63,063 bases of DNA from Deltaproteobacteria bacterium (GCA_029561465.1 JAKQIZ010000022.1:1-63063), one strand, 5' to 3'. Shown: positions 1 to 11,320, numbered from the stretch's first letter. The notes: generated from the letters alone by a model not told the origin. Numbers and translations: made by a program.

Positions 1-799
1 TGTATTGCACCCCCTTGTCCGTATAGGCGTCGGTAATGGCCACCGGTTTGCCGTTGAGGGCTTCAGCGATGCTCTTCTCGGCAGAAATAGGACCTTTTTT
101 CAAATACTTGTCGCTCAAACCGTAACTCGCCACCAGTTGCAGCACCGTTCTTTCGTCGTTGAGGAGACGGATCGAGGCCGCTTTTACCCGCAGGGCCTTG
201 GCCACTTCCTCGGTGAGGGTTTGCAGAATCGTCTTGATATCCAGACTGGCGGCGATATCGGCGGCCAGGTTCAGGAAGAGTTTAGTGTTGTCCCGCAGTT
301 GATCGACAAGTTTCTTGATCTGGATGGCCCAGCCGCCCTGGCCGGCAAGGAGTTGCAGGAATTCAATCTCGTCTCTGGTGAATTCCCTGATTTTTGACGT
401 GTAAATAGCAAGGATGGCAATGAGTTCACCTTTGACCATGGCGGGAACGACGATAATGGAACCGATACCTTCCGCCTTCTTGCGCTCCCGGTTTTCCAGG
501 CGGATATCCGTCGTGGCATCCCTGTAGTAGATGAAGCCATCCTTCTTCAGAATGGGGATGATCTTTTCGGCGTGTCCGTAACCGGCATGGAGATAATCGG
601 CGGACAGGCCTCGCTGGGCGACGGCCTTGAAGATTTCCCGTTCCTCATCCGCCAAAAAGAGGCAGGCCGCCTTGGCCTTCATGGTTCCAATGGCGCTGTC
701 CACGATCAAATGCAACAGGGCGTCCATATCGGTGGTAGTGCCGAAGGCGTCACTGACTTTGATGAACGTCTTTAAATAACTGGTCTGCTTTTCCGGCAT
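1..799 (-). CDS. Tandem GAF-domain protein; the C-terminal end runs off the window
   Basis: Own translation of the minus strand from ATG 799..797, which follows GGGGGGAAGGAAAA: MPEKQTSYLKTFIKVSDAFGTTTDMDALLHLIVDSAIGTMKAKAACLFLADEEREIF... A second similar unit follows (LFLNLAADIAASLDIKTILQTLTEEVAKALRVKAASIRLLNDERTVLQLV). The frame stays open to position 2. It is absent from the ORF track because no stop codon lies in the window. Confidence 0.6.
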   Translation of the reverse strand, partial: MPEKQTSYLKTFIKVSDAFGTTTDMDALLHLIVDSAIGTMKAKAACLFLADEEREIFKAVAQRGLSADYLHAGYGHAEKIIPILKKDGFIYYRDATTDIRLENRERKKAEGIGSIIVVPAMVKGELIAILAIYTSKIREFTRDEIEFLQLLAGQGGWAIQIKKLVDQLRDNTKLFLNLAADIAASLDIKTILQTLTEEVAKALRVKAASIRLLNDERTVLQLVASYGLSDKYLKKGPISAEKSIAEALNGKPVAITDAYTDKGVQY

Positions 800-815
800 T
801 TTTCCTTCCCCCCCT

Positions 816-2123
816 TTAAATCGTATCCTGGATGATTTGCGTTAGTGATGGTTTGACGGTCTGTCTTTTTGCCGCTGATTTTTTTCTCCCCGATGTATGG
901 GAGACCTTCTTTACCCTTGGCGCCGGACCGGCTTTGTCTTTCTCATCGGCCTTTCCTGCCGCGGCGGCAAGGACATCCATGGCCGGTGGTACCGTTGCGG
1001 CCATCGCGACCGTATCCGCAGAGTAGGCCGTCGGGAACTTTTCATCCCCATCCCGTTCCCGAAGCCACCGGACGATCTTGGGGGCAAATTCCCGTTGGCA
1101 CTTGGAACTTACGTAGATGCCGATATGTCCCGTGTCCAGGGTAATGTCCTCCGTATCGGCGCTGCCGACACATTTGGTAAGCATACCGCACGCCTCCGGA
1201 GGAACGAGATGGTCGTACATACCATAGAAATTGAGAAGCGGCATGTTGATGTTCTTCAAATCGACGCGCCGGCCGCCGATCTCGAGCTTGTTCTGGATCA
1301 GGAGGTTATTCTTGTAGAAGTCGGAGGCAAACTGGCGGAAGGTCTCGCCGGGAACATCGGGACTGTCGAAGATCCATTTTTCCATCCGGACGAAGTTTTC
1401 CACAAACGATTTGCTTCCCATGTTCTCAAAGAATCCTACATATTTATCGATCATCAACCGGGCCGGATTCAGGAGGAGGAAACCGATGTTCATCACGTCT
1501 CCGGGTAGGTTGCCGAAGGTGTCGATCATTTTGTCCGTGTCGATGGCCCGCATCCAGATGTGCAGCAGCCCCTTGTCCGTATCGAAATTTGTCGGAGTAA
1601 CGGTGGTGATGAGATTCTTGATCTTCTCCGGATGGAGGGCGGAGTAGATGACGCTAAACGTGCCGCCCATGCAGATGCCCATGAGATTGATCTTGGGTGC
1701 GCCTGTTTCTTCCCGGATGAACTCGACGATATTGTCCATGTAGCCGTTGACATGGTCGTCGATGGTGAGAAAACGGTCTTTCCTGGTCGGGTAGCCCCAG
1801 TCGATCATGTAGAGGTCGATGCCGCTGTTGAGGAAGGTCTGGACGACGCTCCGATCCGGCTGGAGATCCAGCATCGTTTCCCGGTTGATGAGGGCGTACG
1901 TTACCAGCAGGGGCGTCTTCATGGCGATCTCTCCGGGGGTGCGGTAGTGCTTCAGCTTGACCCGGTCCTCTTCGTAAACCACATCGTAGGGAGTCATGGC
2001 CAGGTCGGATTCCAGCGGGCCCAGGAGGACCTCCGACGCCTTGGTGACGGTTTCCTGTGCCTTTTCCGCCTCCGAGGCGATATTGGCTAAAATGAGATCC
2101 AGGGATATCTTGGGTTGTTCCAT
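816..2123 (-). CDS. phaC: Class III poly(R)-hydroxyalkanoate synthase, PhaC subunit
   Basis: Lipase-box Cys in LMGICMGGTF. The alpha/beta fold length fits, and it lies directly downstream of a PhaE-like gene. Start re-called to ATG 2123 (MEQPKISL), which follows GAAGGAGGTGA; the track start at 2141 is a TTG. The last ~85 aa form a Lys/Ala-rich tail. Confidence 0.85.
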   Translation of the reverse strand: MEQPKISLDLILANIASEAEKAQETVTKASEVLLGPLESDLAMTPYDVVYEEDRVKLKHYRTPGEIAMKTPLLVTYALINRETMLDLQPDRSVVQTFLNSGIDLYMIDWGYPTRKDRFLTIDDHVNGYMDNIVEFIREETGAPKINLMGICMGGTFSVIYSALHPEKIKNLITTVTPTNFDTDKGLLHIWMRAIDTDKMIDTFGNLPGDVMNIGFLLLNPARLMIDKYVGFFENMGSKSFVENFVRMEKWIFDSPDVPGETFRQFASDFYKNNLLIQNKLEIGGRRVDLKNINMPLLNFYGMYDHLVPPEACGMLTKCVGSADTEDITLDTGHIGIYVSSKCQREFAPKIVRWLRERDGDEKFPTAYSADTVAMAATVPPAMDVLAAAAGKADEKDKAGPAPRVKKVSHTSGRKKSAAKRQTVKPSLTQIIQDTI

Positions 2124-2147
2124 AGTCGTCACCTCCTTCAATAGGGC

Positions 2148-3056
2148 TTATTTCTTTTCTTTATTTTTTGCGGCCAGTTCCTTTTCGAGAACCCGCACGC
2201 GTTTCTTCAGCAGGTAGAGATCCTTGTAGATGTGGTCCATATCCCGGTTGGTGGGCACGGGCAGGGACTGGAGGAGATCCTGCAAGACCTCGTTTTTGGC
2301 GTTCGCGAAGTTTTCCACCTGGTCGAGCATCTCCCGGAAGGCCGCCAGGTATTCCGGGGACTTGAAGAGGTTCATGTAATGCCCTTCGAGGATCTTTACC
2401 CATAGATTGTAATACTCTTTGGCCTTTTCCGGCACATTTCCATTTTTTGAAAGCTCTTCCACCTTGTCCTGGAGGACTTGCATGGATTTTTCCATCGGCA
2501 GATAGAGGAGATAGAAAAACTCCGACAGGGCGGCCTGGAGGATGTTTGCCTGATCCGCCAGGCGATTCATCCGTTCCTGATAATACCGGGTCAATCCCAA
2601 TTGCGGGATCTGGAAATATTGGCGGAATTCCTCCTCGTATATTTCCCGCCAGAGCTTGAAGACGTCCTGATCCAGATTCTCGAACTTGTAGGCCTCGGTT
2701 TTCTGGCCGATCTTGCCGGCCTTTTCCATGGCCTGCTTCTGGATCTTCGCCGACGCCTCCCAGGACGCCCGGGCAATCTTCAGGATGAATTCCGGCATGG
2801 TGTTGAACCCTTTGAGTACGGCATCGGCAACTTGCGGATCGTTGAGCGTCGTCGAGGCGGACTGCATCCTTTTCAGGGCCGCTTCCATTGATTCGGCGTA
2901 ACGGTTCTTGATCCCCTCCCCGACTTCGGATACCTTGAAGGCGGGTGCGGCGGCGGGGACGGCCTTGAGCATGGACGTCCAGAAGTCCGTGGAGGCCTTC
3001 ATCCAGTCCTGCATCATGGCGTCGAGATTGATCTGGTCCGACTTTTTCTCTTCCAT
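2148..3056 (-). CDS. phaE: Class III PHA synthase, PhaE subunit
   Basis: About 300-aa helical protein (MEEKKSDQINLDAMMQDWMKASTDFWTSMLK...) located 24 nt upstream of phaC, the typical phaEC arrangement. ATG 3056 follows GAGGTG; the track start is a GTG three codons upstream. Confidence 0.7.
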   Translation of the reverse strand: MEEKKSDQINLDAMMQDWMKASTDFWTSMLKAVPAAAPAFKVSEVGEGIKNRYAESMEAALKRMQSASTTLNDPQVADAVLKGFNTMPEFILKIARASWEASAKIQKQAMEKAGKIGQKTEAYKFENLDQDVFKLWREIYEEEFRQYFQIPQLGLTRYYQERMNRLADQANILQAALSEFFYLLYLPMEKSMQVLQDKVEELSKNGNVPEKAKEYYNLWVKILEGHYMNLFKSPEYLAAFREMLDQVENFANAKNEVLQDLLQSLPVPTNRDMDHIYKDLYLLKKRVRVLEKELAAKNKEKK

Positions 3057-3139
3057 ATTGGGCACCTCAAAAAAATAAAGAAAGCTGATAAGGCTGTTGC
3101 CTGTTAATAATCGGGGGGTATGCTTGAAAGCTGTTTGCT

Positions 3140-3169
3140 ATGATACGATAAAAAAGCCTCCAGTGTCAA
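3140..3169 (-). promoter_or_regulatory. Sigma-70-type promoter candidate for phaEC
   Basis: The minus strand reads TTGACA, an 18-nt spacer, then TATCAT. It lies about 85 nt upstream of the phaE ATG. Confidence 0.45.
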
Positions 3170-3278
3170 TAGTGGTTGATTCTAATGAACGGCGGTTTTC
3201 CGACTTTTTTAAGGTGGCATCCCGTCTTGTCTTCAGACCGGTCAGGGAGGCGAAGATACCGGCGTCCCTGACGCTGTT

Positions 3279-3758
3279 TCAATCCTGGAGCAGCCCCTCC
3301 CAGGGCAGCGCGGGAAAGGTGTTATGGAGGGAGTGGTCGTCTTCCACGAGGTGGTAGCGGAGATCGGAAAAGACGGCTTCCGCCACTGGCCGCACTTCGT
3401 TCGGGGGGACCACGTCGTCCTGATCTCCGTGATAGAGATAGACGGGAATTGTTAAGGTGTGGCTCGTATAGGGGATGAATTCATCGAGATTGATGGCCGG
3501 GGCCAGGAGGATCAAGCGGAGGACCCGTTCCGGATGGCGGCAGGCGTAAATAGCCGCCATAAGCCCCCCGTAACTGGAGCCCACAAGAATCAGTTCATCC
3601 TTACCTGCCAATATCGCTTCCAGCTTTGCCATTCGCTCTTCGAGCGAACCGGTGTAATCCTCGATGATCATCCCCGGGTAAGATTCCCGGAAATAGACCC
3701 CTTTTGTACCCTGACTGGTGCTTTCCAGCCCGTGAATGAAAACCCTCGCTGCCGCCAT
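3279..3758 (-). CDS. Small alpha/beta-hydrolase (YqiA-like esterase family)
   Basis: VFIHGLESTSQG, nucleophile elbow GSSYGG, and a late HGDQDDVVP...DDHSL acid/His region. Start re-called to ATG 3758 (MAAARVFIHG), which follows GGGAGG. The N-terminal 93 aa of the track ORF are Arg-rich junk. Confidence 0.7.
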   Translation of the reverse strand: MAAARVFIHGLESTSQGTKGVYFRESYPGMIIEDYTGSLEERMAKLEAILAGKDELILVGSSYGGLMAAIYACRHPERVLRLILLAPAINLDEFIPYTSHTLTIPVYLYHGDQDDVVPPNEVRPVAEAVFSDLRYHLVEDDHSLHNTFPALPWEGLLQD

Positions 3759-4035
3759 GACCTGCCTCCCTGTTTTCAGCCCGGCGCCTGCCCGCTCCGG
3801 GCTACGGATTCTTTGCCGCTCCCATATCATCTTTGCCGTCAAACGGGAATAGCTACTTGTGGCGATTCCGGACCTGACGCGGGATTGGGGCCGGTGGCAA
3901 TAGCGACGTGTGCAATCGAGGACATTGTGCCGCCGGGACAAAGATTTCCGGGGTCGGTATCCCTTCCATCCCGTTGCTTTCGGATAACGAGTGTGGTAGA
4001 AATCCCGGAGCGAAAATATTGGGAAGGTTTCATTC

Positions 4036-5274
<1,239 letters not shown>

Positions 5275-5433
5275 ACGGCTCCGGCGGAAGCGGAGATGGG
5301 ATGGGGCGGCGCTTTCCGGGAGCCGGTTTCGTCTTTAAGCTGCCGGATCGGAGGACCTTTGCCGCCGGTGTGACCGGATCACCGTCGGCAGGGATGGATG
5401 AAAGACATCCTGCCGTGCTGAGCCGGGAAATCA

Positions 5434-6243
5434 ATGGAAGGACTGGGGATGGCGAAAACGGGCCATACGTATCCGACCGATAACCGGCTCCGGGAAGGGG
5501 AAACGGTGGATGAACTCCTGGGAGGGCGCCTGCGGGTCATCCAGGGGCGCCGGGGCTATCGCTTTTCCCTGGACGCCCTGCTGCTGGCCAATTTCGTCCG
5601 GATGAAAAGTGGCGCCTCCCTGCTGGATCTGGGGACGGGAAGCGCCGTGATCCCCATGCTCCTGTGCCGCCGTTGGGACTGTGCCCGGGCCGTAGGGGTG
5701 GAGATCCAGGGCGAACTGGCCGACATGGCTAGGCGGAGCCTGGAGCTCAACGATCTTACGGGGAAGATCACCATCATCGAGGGCGATGTCCGGGACGCGG
5801 CTAAATTGGTCCCTTTCCGATCCTTCGATGCCGTGACCTGCAACCCCCCCTACCGGAAGTTGCGCTCGGGGCGGATCAACCCCTTGGCGCAGAAGGCCCG
5901 TGCCCGTCATGAACTCTTCGGTAATCTGGGCGATTTCCTCCTGGCCGCCGCACACGCCGTCCGCCCGGGCGGCCGCGTCTTTGCCATCTATCCCGCCCGC
6001 CGGCTGGCGGAACTGATCTTCCAGATGCGCCGTCACCACCTGGAGCCGAAGCGGCTCCGGATGGTCCACTCCCGGCGTGAAACGGCGGGCGAATTCATCC
6101 TGGTGGAGGGGCGTCCCGGGGCGGGGGAGGAGCTGACGGTGCTGACGCCCCTGTTTATCTACACGGCGGAACAGGTATATACCGCGGCTATGGAGGAGAT
6201 CTTCAGCGATCTTTGCGTTTTTCCAGGAAGCGGCGGCGGCTGA
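5434..6243 (+). CDS. SAM-dependent N6-adenine methyltransferase, tRNA1(Val) m6A37 (TrmN6/YfiC)-like
   Basis: LLDLGTGSAVIP (motif I) and VTCNPPYRK (NPPY motif IV). The N-terminal RLRVIQGRRGYRFSLDALLLANF resembles YfiC. The start could instead be ATG 5449. Confidence 0.7.
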   Translation: MEGLGMAKTGHTYPTDNRLREGETVDELLGGRLRVIQGRRGYRFSLDALLLANFVRMKSGASLLDLGTGSAVIPMLLCRRWDCARAVGVEIQGELADMARRSLELNDLTGKITIIEGDVRDAAKLVPFRSFDAVTCNPPYRKLRSGRINPLAQKARARHELFGNLGDFLLAAAHAVRPGGRVFAIYPARRLAELIFQMRRHHLEPKRLRMVHSRRETAGEFILVEGRPGAGEELTVLTPLFIYTAEQVYTAAMEEIFSDLCVFPGSGGG

Positions 6244-6706
6244 TTGCCCTCGCCATCACCCGCCGGAGGATCTCCCGCAGTTCCGGGTCGGAGACCGCGG
6301 CCAGGCTCTCTTTCATGAGCCGTTCGTCCCGGGCGCTCAGGCTGGTGATCTTATCGGTGGGGACAACTATCTCACACTGACGGACCGGCGCCGTTATGGC
6401 GCCGATGGATAGATTCAGTTCCCGCACCGTTCCTTTACCGTGGAGCTCGTTGAAGCGCTGGAGGATCTCCTTTTTCAGGAACTGGAGATGGTGTATCCAG
6501 ACCGAAGAAGACACTTTGACGAAGAGCGTGCCCCTTTTGATGTTGTCAGGGGCTGTTTGGGCGGCAATCCCTTCTCCCACCGCCTCGTTCCAGATCCGGC
6601 GTAGATAGGGATCGCTGGTGGTCAGGGGAATCCCCTGCTTTTTCATGACTTTCTGGAGGATATCGGCGAGGGGAAAGGGTTTGAAATGGGAACGCCGGCG
6701 GGCCAT
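6203..6706 (-). CDS. DUF721 / DciA-like protein
   Basis: LADILQKVMKKQGI...IWNEAVGEGIAAQTAPDNIKRGTLFVKVSSSVWIHHLQFLKKEILQRFN matches the DUF721 pattern. Its 3' end overlaps the convergent methyltransferase gene by 41 nt. Confidence 0.65.
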   Translation of the reverse strand: MARRRSHFKPFPLADILQKVMKKQGIPLTTSDPYLRRIWNEAVGEGIAAQTAPDNIKRGTLFVKVSSSVWIHHLQFLKKEILQRFNELHGKGTVRELNLSIGAITAPVRQCEIVVPTDKITSLSARDERLMKESLAAVSDPELREILRRVMARAISRRRFLEKRKDR

Positions 6707-6775
6707 ACATCAGCTCCTCATTTAACACAAAACGGGCATTAACCCGGGGATTTCCCCACCGGGATATTTATATGA

Positions 6776-7339
<564 letters not shown>

Positions 7340-7530
7340 AAAAATGGAATGTCTCTGTTCAGAAGCCGCAACGGCGGCGGCGCCGGCAATGCCTCCGCTG
7401 CCCGTTGGGCGTTTTCCGTCCGCGCCAGTGCGCCACTGGACCACTGCGGCTCCTCCCCCCCCCGGCCGGCGCTCCATGCCGCCGCGGCGGGGGGCACCGG
7501 ACCTGTCCGTCTTATGATGTTCGCTGCGTC

Positions 7531-8061
7531 CTACAGGATTTTTCTCAGTTCCTCCACGAAGACCTCGTAAGTTCCCCGGTCAAAGAGGACAAAACGGATC
7601 AGTTCGATATCCTCGTGGCTCCGCAGGTATTCCACGGCTGTTTTCAGGGCGATACGGGCCGCCTCACCCAGGGGATAGCTATAGACCCCCGTGCTGATAG
7701 CCGGGAAGGCCACGCTTTTCAGCTTCCGGAGCGATGCCAGTTTCAGGCTTTCGGCGTAGGCGCTCCGGAGCAGGTTTGCCTCTCCCCGGCCGCCGCCCCG
7801 ATAGACCGGCCCCACCGTGTGGATGACATACCTGGCCTTCAATTTGCCGGCCGTGGTAATTACGGCCTGACCGGTGGGACAGCCGCCGATCTGCCGGCAC
7901 TCGTCCATAATGGACGGCCCGCCGGCCCGGTGGATGGCCCCGTCCACTCCGGCTCCCCCGGCCAGTCGGGAGTTGGCGGCGTTGACGATGGCCTCCGTTT
8001 CTTCCTGGGTAATGTCTCCCTGAACCAGGGACAGGGTGCCCTTGTTGACCTTCACTTCCAT
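7531..8061 (-). CDS. Macro-domain protein (O-acetyl-ADP-ribose deacetylase / YmdB-like)
   Basis: LVQGDITQEETEAIVNAANSRLAGGAGVDGAIHRAGGP...VIHTVGPVY...SVAFPAISTGVYSYP are canonical macro-domain motifs. Start re-called to ATG 8061, which follows GGGAGGTG. Confidence 0.85.
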   Translation of the reverse strand: MEVKVNKGTLSLVQGDITQEETEAIVNAANSRLAGGAGVDGAIHRAGGPSIMDECRQIGGCPTGQAVITTAGKLKARYVIHTVGPVYRGGGRGEANLLRSAYAESLKLASLRKLKSVAFPAISTGVYSYPLGEAARIALKTAVEYLRSHEDIELIRFVLFDRGTYEVFVEELRKIL

Positions 8062-8281
8062 ACCGATCACCTCCCGGCCATAGAGATCTTTACCGCCAAT
8101 AAAAAACCTGTCCACCGGCGGTAAAAGAGTTTTTTCCCAGTATCCCGGAATTACCTGGGGGATTGAAAAGAAATCTAACCCGCTGTGCCTCCGGATGCAA
8201 GAAAAAAACACCGGGAAAACAGTTTGGACCGCCGGTGCTGCCAGTATTAGGGCGGGCGGGAAAAATCGCGGATGGTTACCC

Positions 8282-8705
8282 CTATCCGTCCGATTGCTGC
8301 TTTACAGACGGTCTGCCGGCGACGACGGCGCCGGTGAGGGAGAGTTGCTTTTCTCCCACGTCTTGTTCATAAATAAAAGATACCTGGGTGAGATCGGGAT
8401 TGACGATATCTACGCCCTTCATGATAATTTTCATATTCGATCTTCATGTGTAGGAACCCAACATTGTCGCCATTGAAGACAAAGCCATGCCAGGATTCAT
8501 GTTCGGGAAGATTTCCCAGTTCCTTGATTTGGCATGGATCCGCCGGGGGCAAAGCGGGTCGGAAGTAGCGGGCCGTGCGCCCGTTGATCAGCATCGTGGC
8601 CATGACGATGACCAGGATGAGATGCAGATAGCCGCCCGCCCGCCCGGAGCGCCTTGCGGCGGGCGGGATTTTCGTGACGGTAAGCAAGCGCTTCCCCTGC
8701 TGCAA
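8282..8705 (-). pseudogene. Hypothetical membrane-anchored protein, probably frameshifted
   Basis: The track ORF 8367..8705 ends in an unnatural tail (YENYHEGRRYRQSRSHPGIFYL). The +1 frame from 8434 reads a more protein-like MKIIMKGVDIVNPDLTQVSFIYEQDVGEKQLSLTGAVVAGRPSVKQQSDG, ending at 8282. Confidence 0.3.
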
Positions 8706-8713
8706 ATAATTAA

Positions 8714-8876
8714 GACCTTTGAAAAATGGCTTCGCCGCGGCTCAGAAATCTTTTTCGCCTCTGAATGGGTAACGTATAAACCTTATTCATTACCAAGCGT
8801 TAAGTTCAATCACGCAACGGCGAAAAACATTTGATTCGCCGCTTGCGAACCATTTTTCCGCAGTTATGCAAAGCTC
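8714..8876 (+). repeat. MITE-like ~165-bp palindromic repeat (family C), copy 1
   Basis: Near-identical to 11699..11871. Imperfect terminal inverted arms of about 39 nt: GAAAAATGGCTTCGCCGCGGCTCAGAAATCTTTTTCGCC ... GGCGAAAAACATTTGATTCGCCGCTTGCGAACCATTTTTC. Confidence 0.85.
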
Positions 8877-8962
8877 ACAATTCAGCTTCGCTGAATTGAT
8901 CAGTTTGATACGATAAAGCTTGCGTGCACTTGACCCCCTTTTAATGCCCCATCCATCGGGTT

Positions 8963-9541
8963 TCACCGGGGGTCGGGAGCCGCGTGGAAACGGCCGTCGG
9001 AGCGCATTGCCCGCACCTCTTTCTCCTTGCCCTGAGTCCAGCCTCCCGTGGCCTCCGTAACGATATCGAAAGACGGGACATAGGGCTTGATGTCCAGAAG
9101 GGGAGTTCCCGTTACTATATCCACGTCTTCGATGTGCAGAACACCGCCCTTTATACCGGTGAGCTTTACAATGGACAGTCCGAGGGGATTGGGTCTCCGG
9201 GGGGCACGGGTGGCAAATAGACCCCGGGGGACGGTGTCCAGGAAAGGTATGACTTCGAGATGGTAATCCTTCGAGAGGTGGAAGTGATACAAGAGGATGA
9301 TATGGGAAAAGGATTCCAGATCCTTCAGGCCCTGGCGATAGGGAGCGGCGATTTCAATCCATCCTTTGACGCCCCGGGCCCCCGCCGGCTGAATGGGCAT
9401 GCCCCGCCGTTCGCTGAAGGGGGAATGGATGATGCCGATAGGGTGATAGATCACCGCCTCTCCAGTCGCCGGGCAATCCATGCGGCTTGACGGCAAGGAC
9501 GGTAAGGCGCCTTCACCTTCTATCTTTCTGTTTCCGATCAT
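8963..9541 (-). CDS. trmO: tRNA (N6-threonylcarbamoyladenosine37-N6)-methyltransferase TrmO (TsaA/YaeB family)
   Basis: IGIIHSPF...GMPIQP...G.IEI...GLKDLESFSHIILLYHFH...RAPRRPNPLGLSIVKL...L.IEDVDIVTGTPLLDIKPYVP is the YaeB signature. Confidence 0.8.
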   Translation of the reverse strand: MIGNRKIEGEGALPSLPSSRMDCPATGEAVIYHPIGIIHSPFSERRGMPIQPAGARGVKGWIEIAAPYRQGLKDLESFSHIILLYHFHLSKDYHLEVIPFLDTVPRGLFATRAPRRPNPLGLSIVKLTGIKGGVLHIEDVDIVTGTPLLDIKPYVPSFDIVTEATGGWTQGKEKEVRAMRSDGRFHAAPDPR

Positions 9542-9625
9542 TTGCCTCCAATTGCCAACCGGCGCGACCAGGTTTCAAGAACAGCGCCCTTGGTGACAAT
9601 CCAATACGACGGCTGCCGTGTTTAT

Positions 9626-9979
9626 TTAGAAGACGATCAATTCGTAGCCGTCCTCACGGTACCGGGCCATGCTCGGGTGCCCCATCATTTCCCCGCACAC
9701 GGTCAATCCCTGCGCCGTCGCCTCGTCGTGGCTCCCTGTCTTTTTCGAGCAGGCCTGGCAGACGCAGTCGATCAAGCCGGCGGCCTTTACCTTCTCGTAC
9801 AGAGGGGTAAAGGCCGTCGGGGCGGCGGTCAGATCTTTGATTAGCTTGGTGGCCGTTCCTTCGATGACCATCTTGACCTCGTAACCTTTATCCCTCATTT
9901 CCAGGGCGTTGAGCAGAACGTGGACAAAGCACATCGCTTCGCCGTTGAAGGCGAACAGGGCGACTTTTTTCATGGGCAT
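9626..9979 (-). CDS. DsrE/DsrF-like small sulfur-relay family protein
   Basis: 117 aa. MKKVALFAFNGEAMCFVHVLLNALEMRDKGYEVKMVIEGTATKLI...CVCQAC...GLTVCGEMMGHPSMA. Assignment rests on fold-type resemblance only. Confidence 0.4.
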   Translation of the reverse strand: MPMKKVALFAFNGEAMCFVHVLLNALEMRDKGYEVKMVIEGTATKLIKDLTAAPTAFTPLYEKVKAAGLIDCVCQACSKKTGSHDEATAQGLTVCGEMMGHPSMARYREDGYELIVF

Positions 9980-10126
9980 CCTCCTGGGCCGTAAAGCGGC
10001 CGTTTATTTAAGAACCCTCACCATATCGTTACGGTGAGGCGATTATGGCCGATAAGAGATTAAATATCAAACTTTCTTTTACCCGTTCCATCCTGATTAT
10101 GTCTGATTATGACTTATACGGGGGCG

Positions 10127-11053
10127 TCATTCCTTCCTGGCCACATAGAACTGCCGGAGATAGAATTCATCGTAGTTCTTGAAAATGTTTGCCGGGATGC
10201 TCTTTTTGAGCACCGTCAATCCCTGCCTTTTGAGATCCCGGGCGCTGAAGTGACAGGAGGAGTAGCCGGTGATGATCACGTGTCCCCCTTTCCCCAGGCG
10301 GCTCAGGGTTTTTTTCAGGATCTTCCGGGCGCTGTCGCCATCCATGATCTGCCGGTTAAGGACTCCGCAGAAGACGATCACGTCGAAGAGAGGCGCCGCC
10401 GCATATGCCGCGGCAACGTTTTCGCCCCTTTCCTCGCGGATATCGTCGAATCCTTTCTCTTTTGCCGCTTCCACATTGTCCGGGCTGATATCGAGACCGG
10501 CATAATAAGCTTCAGGATGGTCCCGGCGGATTGCCGCCAGCAGATTCCCCGACCCGCAACCGACGTCGAGAAGACGACGAAAGGTGATTTCCGACAGGGC
10601 CGACAATATATTCGGGTAGATATGGGCGGCATAAAGGGGGTATTCCCGGGAATCTTCGAAGCTTTCCCAACGGACCGGCAGGGCGCGATTCCGTAGCGGA
10701 ACGATCAACTCGACGTCCCGGCCATCGAGGGAGGATATGAATGCGGCGGTGGCATGGCACTCCTCGGGGTTGAGGAGGCGTCCCGTCGTTTCCGGCCAGA
10801 AGCCGGCGATGTCCTCGGCACGGACCAGCCTCGTTATATGGGCCAGCCCCCCGTTCCTCTTTTGCCCCCGGACATCCGTGCTTATGGGTCCCTGAAGAAA
10901 GCGATGGCCCGCCGCCTCCACGATGTTGAACCAGTGCCCCGAGATTTGCTGACGCGGACGACGGCGGATCATCCTGATCATGGCCTGAAAGGTTTCGCCG
11001 TCGATCTCCCGCCTGTTTTCGCCGGGTTCCGGAGCCGATTTTCCGCCACTCAT
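10127..11053 (-). CDS. Class I SAM-dependent methyltransferase with an N-terminal extension of unknown function
   Basis: LLDVGCGSGNLLAAI (motif I), AGLDISPDNVEAAKEKG, and FDVIVFCGVL in the C-terminal half. There is a 4-nt overlap with the upstream FmdB-like gene. Confidence 0.7.
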   Translation of the reverse strand: MSGGKSAPEPGENRREIDGETFQAMIRMIRRRPRQQISGHWFNIVEAAGHRFLQGPISTDVRGQKRNGGLAHITRLVRAEDIAGFWPETTGRLLNPEECHATAAFISSLDGRDVELIVPLRNRALPVRWESFEDSREYPLYAAHIYPNILSALSEITFRRLLDVGCGSGNLLAAIRRDHPEAYYAGLDISPDNVEAAKEKGFDDIREERGENVAAAYAAAPLFDVIVFCGVLNRQIMDGDSARKILKKTLSRLGKGGHVIITGYSSCHFSARDLKRQGLTVLKKSIPANIFKNYDEFYLRQFYVARKE

Positions 11054-11298
11054 CTTTGGCAGCCTCCGCCGCCGGCACAGGGGGGAATGTCACAGCGCTG
11101 CTCCCGGCCGCAGCAAGTCCCGCCCCCTGATGGGACAGAAAAGGCCCCGCTCCGGGGAAGAACGCTGGGGGACATGATGCGGCGCAGTTCGGCGCTGCCG
11201 CAGAAACGGCACCGGGGCACTTCTTCTTCGCCGCTTATCCCTTCCAGGAATTCTGATATTTTCCCGCAGCCCGTGCACTCGTATTCGTATATCGGCAT
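11050..11298 (-). CDS. FmdB-family zinc-ribbon protein (CxxC_CxxC_SSSS)
   Basis: MPIYEYECTGCGKISEFLEGISGEEEVPRCRFCGSAELRRIMS is the FmdB signature. The tail is Cys/Gly-rich. Confidence 0.8.
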   Translation of the reverse strand: MPIYEYECTGCGKISEFLEGISGEEEVPRCRFCGSAELRRIMSPSVLPRSGAFSVPSGGGTCCGREQRCDIPPCAGGGGCQR

Positions 11299-11320
11299 GT
11301 CCTTATTACCACCGCAAGGG

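Noticed and set aside
5-397. 130-aa plus-strand ORF at the left edge
   Set aside because: It is antisense to a much better minus-strand frame: the tandem GAF protein, which is open from 799 to the window edge and has an RBS. The plus-frame product has no motif.
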